The position numbers and the translations under genes are program-made. Of a DNA stretch of 64,000 bases, positions 26,096-37,929 are shown piece by piece; the first letter of the stretch is position 1; every line of letters starts with the position of its first letter. The DNA comes from Octopus bimaculoides (Eukaryota): the NCBI RefSeq assembly GCF_001194135.2, contig NC_068981.1, positions 40,463,033-40,527,032 of the forward strand, written 5' to 3'. The notes below the pieces were generated by a model. That model saw only the letters and a program-made list of their open reading frames with translations, had not been told where the DNA came from and made no database searches.

Positions 26096-28199
26096 AATTT
26101 TGGATCTGGAATTAGGTAGAGCAGTGGAATATTTGGATCTAAAAAGAATGTGCTGATTTTAAAATTTGTGTATATTAAATGATACTTGTGTATGTGTGTG
26201 TATTCACTATATGTATTGAAATGGCATTAAATTAAAATAGCCATCTATGTGTGGTACTTAATGTATAGATACCATCAAAACATGTCTGGCAGTCTTATGA
26301 ATCACTGCTGTGATATATGTTGTGTTTTTAACACATGTCTGAAAAATGATTTTTTTTCAAACAAAATCTACAACATCCTACTTTCAGTCTCATCTGTAAA
26401 CATACATAATGTACTTTTGAAACATATTCAACACTTGTTTTGTTTAGATGAGTCTATAAATTTAGTCAATCACATAGAATCTTGTAGAATGTACAAATAT
26501 GGATGCATTATTTTCTTTCCACCAACTGTCATAGAATATGGTTATGCTTCAATTAATCTGAGTTTTAAGCCAGTTTGATTCCCAGTTGTGGATATTTTAT
26601 TTTACTTATATCACTAATACCCTTGAGAAAGTTAAGAACATCAAACAATCTCATTTTCCTTTTCCCTAAAAATATAACCTTGTGGTGGTTGTAAGCAATC
26701 TGTGTTTATTTTGTTAAGTTTGATTGTTTACTGTTCTGAGTTGGAAATATCTCCCACAATCATTGCTAACATCTTATGGTATGCTATTCCCTGAGGAAAC
26801 AAACAACTAAGATCTACAAACATGCAACTCAAGTATAAAGGCTTTTGAGCTGGAAGAGTAAAATTGTCGATGTTTTCTTATGCAGCATATAGTTTATGCT
26901 CTTCAACATATTTGGGGTTTTATTTTCGTTTGTTTTTAGTATTTTTTGGCCATTTTACTTATACTGGTTGGATAGGTTGGTAAATCTAAGCATTTAAATA
27001 TATTAGGAAAATGTGTTTTTACAGCTGAATTTCTTTCTTTTCATTTGCCACTTTATCACAGATTATTTATTGTTTTAGTTAGATAATTTATTATCATTAT
27101 TATTATTATTATTATCACTGCCATGTTACCAAGGGCTGAGTTTTTGTTTTTGTTTATGCCACATTTTTTGGCAATAATATTGGTTATTTCCCTCAAGGCT
27201 TCTGCATAACTGCAAATTTCACTTTCTTTTTTATTCCACTGGAATACAAAGATAAAATGAGATGAGTTACATATTTCAACCAATTGTTTATTATTATTTA
27301 GTGGATGTATCAGAACTCTCGAATACTTTTCTAATCATCCTAACAACTATGGATTTGTAAATCTAGGACTGTGATATGTGAGACTACCTTTTTTGTATTT
27401 CAAGAACTACATTATTTACTGTGTCTTACCATCCTTGAGATGATAGGGGATGATCTAAGAGGTATTTGGCTTCAGGTGATGATAAAGATAGAATATTACA
27501 GCTTTTTTTTTTCTGTGTTTTTTTTATAGCTAAAGTAAAATTTCAGTTGTTAATTTGAAGATGATTTCTTTTAATCATGTTGGTAAAACACCTACATGAT
27601 TTCAAAGAAAGATTTCAGTAACATGAATGTCATTTGTTTTTGCTTAGATTTAACCCTTTTGATACCAACCTGTCTGAAGCCACCCTTACTTTTATGATAC
27701 AAATTTCTGGTTTTAAAATAATCTAAGTTAAAATTTTCCACCAAAATTTCAGGTTAATTTATATTCCAAACACCAATTTAATAAATGACAGTTCTTGAGT
27801 AAATTGTTCATTATTTTTAAAATTCATTGAGACAAAGTTGGTATATTTCAATAGAAATATGTTAATGAAAGGATAGATACTTTAATTCACAAGGCCTTTG
27901 CTAATTATCTAAATCTTCTTTGCTTTTAATATAAGCTCCACATACTTCATGATACATACTTACAGTCAGGTTAAGTGAGACCGTGAAGTTAAGTATGTTG
28001 GTCATAGTACTAGTGATGGAATATAATCACTGACTCTCAAGCCAGTGTGCCAACATCCTAAAGAACTCAACCAGATTTTACAACACTGTCTTAGAATAGA
28101 AACATTTCCCTCACCTGCTCTCTTTTTCTCTCTCTCCTCATCCTACTACTTATTAGATTATTATTGATTTCTCATTACGGTGCAAGCTTGCAAATTTCT

Positions 28200-28470
28200 A
28201 AGGAAGAGGTATATAGTTAACTTTATTGATCTCACTATGTGCTTGTTACTTATTTTAACAATGCCAGAGTGATCAGAAACAAAGTTAATGCTGACATGAT
28301 TTGAATCCAAAATATAAAGTAATGAAACTAAATAATTATTTCTAATTTAAGTACAGGGCCAGAAATTTAGAGGAAAGGGTTATCAAATTATATCAATCCC
28401 AGGTGACCTCAGCAGGATTTGAACTTGGAACTTAAAGAACCAAAACAAATACTGCAAAGCATTTTGTCTT
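28200..28470 (-). mobile_element. Degraded SINE family A copies
   Basis: gttacttattttaac...aaagttaatgctgacatgatttgaatcc and gggccagaaatttagagg...ggatttgaacttggaac...aaatactgcaaagcattttg. Confidence 0.5.
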
Positions 28471-28719
28471 ATGCTGTTGCATCTCTATAAATTCTCACCC
28501 CTGACAAAACTAAATAACAGTAAACATCTAATTCAACAGTAATATACCTTTTCTTTCCCAACATTGCTTCTATTTCTTTCCAAGCCTCACATTTATCTTC
28601 TGGTGGAAAAATGATTATGATTATTATGATGTTTGTATGTGTGTTCATATATATATATATATATATAGATATATATATATATATATATATGTGTGTGTAA
28701 ACACATACATACACACGCA

Positions 28720-29720
28720 CACCAGTTTTTGTAGTGATGATAGTGGAGGATATCGACTCCTTACTTGTTTTTCTAAAATGCACCATAAATATTCAATAAT
28801 ATTGAGATCTGGGGACTATGGTGGCCAGATAAGATGCTCAACTTCACTAGAATGTTCCTCATGCCATTCAGTAACAACTTTAGCTGTGTGAATTGGTGCA
28901 TTATCATCCTGAAAGATTGCACTTCCCTCTGAAAACAGTTCCATAACCATAGGATGAATTTGATCAGATAAAATGCTTAAATAGTCTTTACTTTTAATTC
29001 TGCCATGAAGGAAGACCATTGGGCTGGCGAATTTCCAAGATATAACCTCCCAGATCATCACAGATCCTCCTTCATGTTTAACAGTTGGAAGAAGGCAGTC
29101 TGGGTCAAATGCTTCTTTTGGCTGTCTCCACACGTATACTCGACCAGTGGTCTGAAACAGAGTAAAGGATGACTCATCTGAGAAAATAACATTCTTCCAC
29201 TGATATGGGACCAATTCCATAGGTTTTTACTCCACTCTAAATGCTTTGCAACGTTTGTTTTTGAAAGTAGTGGTTTTCTGATTGCAGCCCTCCCATGAAA
29301 TCCAGCTTTGCACAGCTCCTGGTGAACAGTTTTTGTGGAAACTGGGTTCTCAAGGTAGTCATTAAGCTCTGCAGTAATTTTGTGAGCTGTACTTTTGTGA
29401 TCCTTTCTAACAATTTGCGTAAGAGTCCAACAGTCCCTATTTGAAGGTTTTGGTTTTCTTCTGGAGTTTTGTTTTGACGAGAGGGTTTCTCCTTCTTTCT
29501 CAAAGGCTGTCATTACTTTCAAGACAGTACTTCTTGAAACAACAAATATTTCAGCTGTTTTCGTTTGTCACACGAGCATCAACAATTTGACTTCTTTGAA
29601 AGTCTGATAGATCTGTCATTTTAATGAATTTTAATTACCTTTTTCTTATGATATCTGAAAAGAAATAGCAATTTTAGGAAAACATATTAAGCAACACTAA
29701 TAATAAATCAAAAAACATAA
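28720..29720 (-). mobile_element. Tc1-like DNA transposon, transposase pseudogene with DD36E spacing
   Basis: ATG at 29619 (MTDLSDFQRSQIV..), HTH region, IFSDESSF, VKHEGGSVMIW, FQDDNAPIHT...WPP*SPDLNIIEYLW; 36 residues between the second D and E. Frameshifts and a stop; TIRs not found. Confidence 0.93.
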
Positions 29721-29734
29721 AAAGAAACACATAA

Positions 29735-29975
29735 AAAGCACCATCCGAATGTGGCTGATGCCAGTGCTGCCTGCCTGGCTCCCTTGCCGGTGGCACGTAA
29801 AAAGCACCCATTACACTCTCGGAGTAGTTGGCATTAGGAAGGACATCCAGCTGTAGAAACATTGCCAGATCAGACTGGAGCCTGTGCAGCCTCCTGGCTT
29901 GCCAGTCCCCAGTCAAACCGTCCAACCCATGCCAGCATTGAACACGGACGTTAAACGATGATGATCATCATCATA
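29735..29975 (+). mobile_element. RTE 3'-tail repeat
   Basis: aaaagcaccatccgaatgtggctg...ggacatccagctgtagaaac...ggacgttaaacgatgatgatc. Confidence 0.8.
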
Positions 29976-30149
29976 TACATATTCTTAATATACTCCAACA
30001 GAGGTTCAAGCATGAATATGCTAATTGTTGTTGTAATTCATTATTTAACAACAGTTCCATTTAGATGTCCATGGTATGTCCTAGTCTTATGACATACTGT
30101 AACATTGATGTATACCTTCAAATCTTGTGCCTCAGAGAGGCAAGAGACA

Positions 30150-30462
30150 AGATGGTGAAGCATGATCTTCAAATGTTGAGCTTCATGGAGATGATGACAG
30201 GTGACCATGGCAATATGCTGTGCTTGAGAAGACTCAACAAGCCAAGTGAAACCATAGTCATGACTATGGCACCCATGCTAGTGGTACGTAAAAAACACCC
30301 ATTACACTCTCAGAGTGGTTGGTGTTAGGAAGGGTATCCAGCCATAGAAACCCTGCCAAATCAGACAGGAACCTGGTGCAGCTCTTCAGCTTACCTGTTC
30401 CAGTCAAGCCATCTAACCCATACCACCATGGAAAGTGGACATTAAATGATGATGATGATGAA
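30150..30462 (+). mobile_element. RTE LINE 3' end (last ORF codons + tail)
   Basis: MVKHDLQMLSFMEMMTGDH...(A)VLEKTQQAK resembles the ORF end seen at 57100-57250 (-); tail ends ggacattaaatgatgatg. Confidence 0.75.
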
Positions 30463-30956
30463 TATGGGTTCATGAAACACTTACTTCATTAGAGTAAGGA
30501 GACTATGGATACCCCATAGAGAAAGGGCACTATGGGTTACCTTCAATATGGCCTCTCCAGTTTATGCCAACCAAATTTTAATAAAACTTTTGTTAACACA
30601 AGGTTATGGTGGAAGGTATTTGCCTAAAGTGTCATGCAGTGAGATTGAACCTCAAAACATGTTATTGCAAAGCAAAATCTTTAACCATACTGTTATGTCC
30701 ACAGCTGGAACTGAGAATTGAAATGGGAGTGTGGGCTTAGCTCATGTAGTGGGTTTATATTCAAGAATATTTCCCAAGTAGAGCCAGTGAAAAAAAAAAC
30801 ATCATTAAATACCATTGTGTAAGTATGGCTTCTTGGTGAATGGAGTAAAATGTTTTTGATTTAAACTGAATATTTTGTCTTATTTATTTATTTAATAAAA
30901 GGAAAAAACAAAAACAGAATTCTTAACCTACACATTTTTTCTTTCTCATTTTTCAG

Positions 30957-31020
30957 GTAAGTGTTCTGGACTGATTGATATCTTAAAGTTCCATTAACCA
31001 TCGATCACCTTCTTTGTCTG
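30957..31020 (+). other. Candidate recursive splice site / non-coding RS-exon
   Basis: Branch-like cttaac (30922-30927), pyrimidine tract, CAG|GTAAGT at 30956/30957, second donor TG|GTAAGA at 31020/31021; stops in all three frames. Confidence 0.4.
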
Positions 31021-31119
31021 GTAAGATGGAATTGATTTTAACTTTTTCAATACTTATTTAAAATTTGAAAGTTTTAAATATCAGTTACTATTCTAAAACG
31101 AACAATAAAAATATTATAT

Positions 31120-31159
31120 ATTTCAGTTATTATTATCATCATTATTATTATTATTATCC

Positions 31160-31217
<58 letters not shown>
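31120..31217. repeat. (TAT)n microsatellite
   Basis: Directly visible; gives the poly-Tyr pseudo-ORF. Confidence 0.97.
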
Positions 31218-31218
<1 letters not shown>

Positions 31219-32959
31219 TTGTCTTGTTGTTATTAAATGGTACTGTTTCATTACTCCGCTTAACTAAAGCATTTCATCTTGGATATTTGCCTTACAGGTT
31301 AATGTAATTGGCCATTACTTACATTAGACAATAATTTTTTGTTAACTATTTCCTCATATGTTGAAAATTTTTCTGTTTCAAATTAGAAGTCAGAAATATT
31401 CTAAAATTATGCCTTCACACTTGTTCTATATAGTTAATATCAAAGAATGAATCATCATCTGTTATATTTTTGCTTTATTATTTTCCTTTACTTTTTTTTT
31501 TCTAAATTTTCTACACATTCCTTCTCTTAAAACAGAAATTCAGAATAGGCTTTCTGTCAGTTTTAACAAAGATTAAACACTCTCTATTTTAATTGAAAAT
31601 ATCTTTAACAGATATTCAATATATATTTTTATCAAAAACAAATAGTTTGATTAGTTTCCTTTTAATGTTGTTTTTCAGGATTTTGATTTGTTACAAATTC
31701 ATTAAGAATTGGAATTAGAAGCTACCCTTAGTTAAAATTAAAAAAAAAAACAATAAAATTAATTTTATTCTTTATTTCAGAATGTTTAACAACTCAATTT
31801 CCTGTTTCTTTTGTTTTGTTTGATTTTTGTTGTTATTTTTTTGGTTTACCCCTTTGGTTCAAGAGGATTAAAAATTTTAATTTAAGATTTTGTTTTAAGT
31901 TTCAGCTTTGATATAAGCATATTACTTTTCATAATACTCTCATAGCTCGAGGGAAATGATAGAGAGTGTTTCAAGAAAATTACTTGATATATTAAGTATA
32001 AACATATGAAAGATGTTTGTATTGAATATATTTATATTCAAAAGTTAACATCAATAACACCAGCAGAATTTTTGTTCTTGATACAGCAATGTAAAAATTT
32101 TCACTCAGTACGGTAAACATATTTCCTTGAATGTCTTACTATCACTACCAAAACTTAAGTTAGCTTATATACAAGTTTTTTTTAGCTTCCTTTAAATTTT
32201 CAATATTATTCTAAAAATGTCTTTGAGACTTGTCCATTTTTATTAACATTATAAAAGTCAGAATATCTTTATATTGTTTAATATTTTCTTTACTTTTTGA
32301 AGACTCTAGTCATAGTTTTAGTGAAATTTCATCAATACTAATCTGGTAGTAACTCGAGAAAATATTTATTGATAAAAACTCATATATTGTGGCTCACTTA
32401 ACTAAAGACATTTATTGAAGAATATTAAGGATAAAAGTTATAAGAAATTATGCAGAAAAACTTCTGAATCCTTTTATTTTACTTACCTTTTCAAGAATTT
32501 TAATGGAAATGAAAATCTAAAAATTCTTTGATTCAAAATATCATTTCAGTTGAGGAGTTGATGATAAATTCAAATCAATCAGTACATGTGAGGTACAGCA
32601 TGTTGCTAATTACTACAAGCTTATCAATACTAAAACCAGAGAAGATGCTATTCAAAAAGTTAGATAAATCCTTTCAGATTCATACTGATTGTAAATTCAA
32701 TCTTTGCTTTTAATAAATTAATTTTAAAAAATGCATTTTCTTATTTAAACCATTATTTCTAAATGTTGTTTTTAATATATCATAACTTTAGCATTAAGAT
32801 TTTAACCTACTTCAGCATATATTGCTACAAAAAAACATGAGCCACATAGAGACAAATAGGTAACAATACTTTGGTTCAGTTGGTTAGAAAAAAATACTAA
32901 TGGCATTATTATTATTATCATTATTATTATTTTGTCTTGTTGTTATTAAATGGTAGTTT

Positions 32960-33072
32960 CATTACTCCACTTAACTAAAGCATTTCATCTTGGACATTTG
33001 CCTTACATGTTAAAGTAATTGGCCTGTAAGACAAATGTCCAAGATGAAATGCTTTGGTTAAGTGGAGTAATG
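32960..33072. repeat. 48-bp-arm inverted repeat (hairpin)
   Basis: cattactccacttaactaaagcatttcatcttggacatttgccttaca / tgtaagacaaatgtccaagatgaaatgctttggttaagtggagtaatg, 17-nt loop, two imperfect positions. Confidence 0.9.
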
Positions 33073-35415
33073 GTCAATTATTGATACAACTATGAAAGAA
33101 TCCCTCTAATCCTTTAGTTCCCAACCATTTCGATGCTCCACACTTCTTTGGAATGTTTAATTACTTTTCGCTTCCCCTAAAAATGTAATTATTTGAAGAA
33201 GGAAAAGTCCAACTTCCGAATATCTGTTTATCTCTGTTTTATTAATGGAACCACATACAGTACTGTGAGTAAATGAATTTAACTCAAAACCTAAGCTTTT
33301 GACTTGATGAATAAAATGCAAATGTAAATTGGGTCAGTAGAAAAATTCCTGTGAACTGAAATCAATCACAATTGTAAACAATGATTTCTTTAGTTCCTGC
33401 TTCTCATTATATCAAGACTTGAAACTTCCTTCTTGAGATTCTTAGGTCTGCTTGGGAATTCAGACAAATTCCTAGATTTTGTTTTGGTTGGCACAAGAGA
33501 ACTAAATTCAGATTCATATGAATATTTCATTGTATATGGAATAAGAAAACAACTCTTGGTTATAATCTCATAAGGGATAAATCAACATATGTAAAATAAT
33601 GAAGCCCATGGCATGTGATATGTTTAACAGAATAAAGTTCTTTTTAAGAGTTTGTTAATAATTTTATTCTTAAAAGTGATTGAAATATGTATATTCTTTC
33701 CCCTCTCTGTCATACCTGCTGAAATGCTATCTTGCATCCACAAAGGATATGAACACTCACAATTTGAAACCACTGCACAGCTCAATGAAAGAAAATATAT
33801 ATATTGTGTATATATATATATATAAGCATTTACTAAAATAATTGGTGTATATATATTTCTGGGTGGGTTTTTTTTTCTAATATAAATGTTAATTATAATG
33901 TATGTTTAAAGTGAGGTAATTGACCAAATGGTTTAATAAAATATAATCTAAAAACATTCAGCATCTAATTACTGGTTATGAAACTACTATAAAATTTTAT
34001 TCCTTTTTTTTATTATTTATTTATGAATTTTATGTTTTTAAACTGATATCTATTTTCATTTTTTCTTTTTGTCAGATATATATGTCCATATTTAAACATA
34101 AAAGAACAAAACTGAAACCTGGTTTATTTTAAAGAGACACATTGTTTAGCTTCCTTTTGTATTCTATATTTTAACCTATAAATTTACATATATCTAACAT
34201 CTATATTATGAAGGAATTTCAATTCTAACTATTATGACACTTTCAGTTCAGATTATAATGTACTTTCAAGCACTCTGTCCTATATTTTGATTGTTGAAAC
34301 TAGACCACTTAATAAATTCTATTTTTATAGGAAATGAATCATAAATATAACATTACTACTTGTAACGTAAGTTACATGGAGGCCAAACCCAGATGTTTCA
34401 TTAAGAAATTTCATTCATATTTATATCATAGTTAAGATAATATTGTTATTTTGCATGTTATATACTTGCATGTTACCAAAAGTTTATAAGTTGGCTATAA
34501 GTTTGATGTCTAGGAACTAGCTATTCAATTGACTAAAGTTTCTAGACATAATGGATCATATGTGACTACAGTTTAAGTTGGGACAAGCCCAGTATGACAC
34601 AATGGGGTTATCATTTAATGACAATCAGTTTCCACTCATTGACCCAGATTTCAAGAAGGCTAAGCTGAAATGCTTTGCTATTACACAGAAATGGAAAAAC
34701 TTATGAACACTAGTGAGGATAAGGAATAATAGTCTTTTTTTTTTAATTACTTGTGCAAACCAGCTGAATGATGGTAGTACAAAAAATTTATGTAATGGTA
34801 AAAACACTGGAAATTTTAAAAGTTTATAATAATGTTGTGAATTAATTTCCAAAAGAAATTAATAATTACAGGTAAAGTCAGATTCTTATATATATCGAAA
34901 TCTGTCTGCACCAATTCAAATATATTCTCAGAGATGACTTGAGTCAGCTTAAAAAAGTGGAGTGAAAGTACAAAGTGCTTTTGTGTATATGAAATGTCCT
35001 GGATTTGTTAAAATTTCTATTTAATGTGGAAAAATGAATCACTTTCAAGCAATATGTAAGTCTACAATGAGAAGGAATTTAAGCTGTTGAAAATAAATAT
35101 CAAGCAAGTGTTTATGAAATTAGTCTAAATATCCTAATGATATTGTGAAATTTAAAGTTAGTGTTAAGATAAAAGTTGGTACTTGCAGCAAGTAGCTATT
35201 TTGAATAAACCAATATTGAAATGTAACTATCATCATCATTTTGATGTCCACTTTTCTATGCTTGCATGAATCAGCCAGAATTCATTAAGGCAGATTTTCT
35301 ACAGCTAGCTGCCTTTCCAATTGTCAAACCTCACCTATTCCCAAGCCAGGCAATATTTCCCCTTGGTCAGACATGTTTCACAGAACACTAGAAATAAACG
35401 ATATACATCTATCTA

Positions 35416-35447
<32 letters not shown>

Positions 35448-35449
<2 letters not shown>

Positions 35450-35664
35450 AGGAGGTGCTAAAAAGTTCCTGGCTTTGGGTAAAACAAAAATAAAAAAAAC
35501 AGGAGGATCAGTTAATCATGATTTTATTCAGCATGTTCCTTTCACACACTTATTGCAGCAATCCTTCAGTTTTTCTAAGCCCTGTAAAAGAACTCAGAAG
35601 GGTGGACCTCAAAACAGACTCTTCACGATACCCTTAAAGCCAGGAACTTTTCAGCACCCCCTTG
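35448..35664. mobile_element. Mariner-type MITE (second copy)
   Basis: TIRs caaggaggtgctaaaaagttcctggcttt / aaagccaggaacttttcagcacccccttg in TA context; internal sequence homologous to 15317-15530. Confidence 0.85.
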
Positions 35665-35679
35665 TATATATACACAAAC

Positions 35680-35830
35680 AACAGGCTTTTTTGCACTCAC
35701 AAGACTTTGGTTTATCTGAGGCAGTAGTAGAAGGCACTTGCCCAAGGTGCCATGCAGTAGAACTAAATCTGAAACCATGTATTTGGGAATCAAACTTCTT
35801 AACACACACAGCTAAGCATGCACTTGTGAT
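35680..35830 (-). mobile_element. SINE family B
   Basis: cactcacaagactttgg...gaaggcacttgcccaaggtgccatgcagtagaactaaatctgaaaccatg...ttcttaacacacacagc. Confidence 0.7.
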
Positions 35831-36534
35831 CTCAAACTAAAACGTTTTACTGGATCACTTGTTGAATTTTGGGAAAGTTTGCTGCATTAATGGAAACTAA
35901 TAATAGAACAGAAGTTGTGAATGTTAGTGCTGTTAAAAGTAAAAATAAAACCATCATGGCTTACTTGGTATGGATGTGATGTATGCTAATAGTTCAATAT
36001 TAATTCATTAAATTGAAGTTCCAGGACAATTTGTTGAAAAGATTAAGTGGTTTTAAGGCTGACATTCTTCTCAAAGGAAATATCAGGCTACATTATTCTG
36101 AGGCAAGACTCTTGACAATACACATTAAGTCATTAGTCATAACAGAGCTGACAAAATTTTTTAATGAACTTTTTTAGAAGAGATTTCTTCTTGTGGGAGT
36201 AAATGGGCCTCTCCTTTAATGATGGTCCAAAAAGACAGAGGGGTTTCTGAGAATATAAATGGGTGTAAATGAAAGACACAGTGTTCAGATTTTACCCAAA
36301 TGAACTGATATTTCATTTCACTCTTCTCCCCACTCTTTCTTTCTCTCTCTTCCTCTCTCTCATGAATTATTTTGCTAAATTCAATTTGAAAAGGAGGAAC
36401 ATTATTGGACAGAAATGCCCTGAAGCAAGAGAGGCTACAATGTTGAATCTAATGGGTCTTTTAAGGTGAATATTTTTACACATATAACAGTAATTGAATG
36501 TCATATGGATGTTACTTCACGATGATGATGATGG

Positions 36535-36574
<40 letters not shown>

Positions 36575-36633
36575 ACNNNNNNNNNNCACACACAAACATT
36601 GGAGCTAAAACTGTTGATATATATATATATATT

Positions 36634-37828
36634 CACAGGGTACTGTGAATATATTGTTGTCTAAATTACTCAAAAATGAAAGTAATACTGACATCTCATT
36701 TTAACAGATATATTTGCCAAAATTACATAAAAATATCAATAAATAATATCAATAAAATAATATCAATAAAAATTCAATAAAATCGCCATTGGCCTCCAAA
36801 TGACTTTGGAATCTCCTGCAACTCTTCTGGAAAATCTCTTTGTTTAAGTTGCTGAATGCTGCCATAATCCTTGCCTTCAGTTCATCTTTGGTGTTACAAG
36901 GAGTTTTGTTGGTCTCTCACTCAGCTGTCTCCCACACAATAATCAATGGGGTAGCAGTCTGGGGAGTTAGGTGACCAGTTGTTAGGGGTGATGTGGTTTC
37001 AGAAATTCTCTGACAGCCATAACTGGGTTCTCCCACTTGTGTGGCATGGTGCAGAGTTCTGTTGCCAGACATAGGGTCTTCCAGCAGCCACCATCTTGAC
37101 CCAAGGCAGCACTACCTCCTCCAGGCACTTGATGTAGGCTTCTGTGTTGAGTGTGAAGCCATGTTGGAAGATGAATGGAGGTATAACGTCATCATCACTA
37201 GTGATCACTCCAAACGCCATGATGTTGACTGGTTGTTTGATTTTTATCACTCTCGGTACATGTTTTGGGGGACACAGCAAGCCAATGGTCGTTCTGTGTG
37301 TTCACCTTCTGATCCTGACAGAAATTTTTCTTGTCTGAGAAAAAAACCAAAGTATGTTCAATTGGAGGGGATGCTTGTAATAAAAATTGGCCCTTTCTCT
37401 TCTTGTATGAGGAATACCCAATGTCTTCATGCACCACCTGCCTGATAAGGAACTCAGACACTCCCATATCACTTAGAATGGATCTGATTGACTTGGAGGG
37501 ATCATTGTCAATCATGGTCTGGATCTCACAAACAAATTCAGAAGTTCTTTTCTTATCAGAATGATCAGAGTTAGTTTTTTAAGCTACTGTACCTTTGCAA
37601 TCACCATTAGACTCATCCAACTGCTTCTGAATCCTTTGCATTGTCTTCGGTATAGCATATCATTTCCAAATTTCTGACACAGTGAATTACACCATGGTGC
37701 TGTTTTTCTCACAGACAGTACCCAACTGACCCTACTATACTGTGTAGTCAACAAAATCAAAAAGATACAATGTGCATGCACGAAATTAAAAATATAAAAT
37801 AGCAACAATTTACCCATTGCACCCTGTG
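36634..37828 (-). mobile_element. maT-type (DD37D) Tc1/mariner transposon, decayed
   Basis: FFSDKKNFCQDQKVN; YVWQQ(N)SAPCHTSGRTQLWLSENF*NHITPNNWSPNSPDCYPIDY gives 37 residues between the D position and the final D; degenerate TIRs cacagggt...attgttg / caacaat...accctgtg. Confidence 0.88.
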
Positions 37829-37929
37829 TGTACATACATACATACATACAAACATACACACACACACACACACACACACACTGGAGCTAAAACTGTTAAA
37901 AACCTATATATCAAAGTGGATATGATCTT

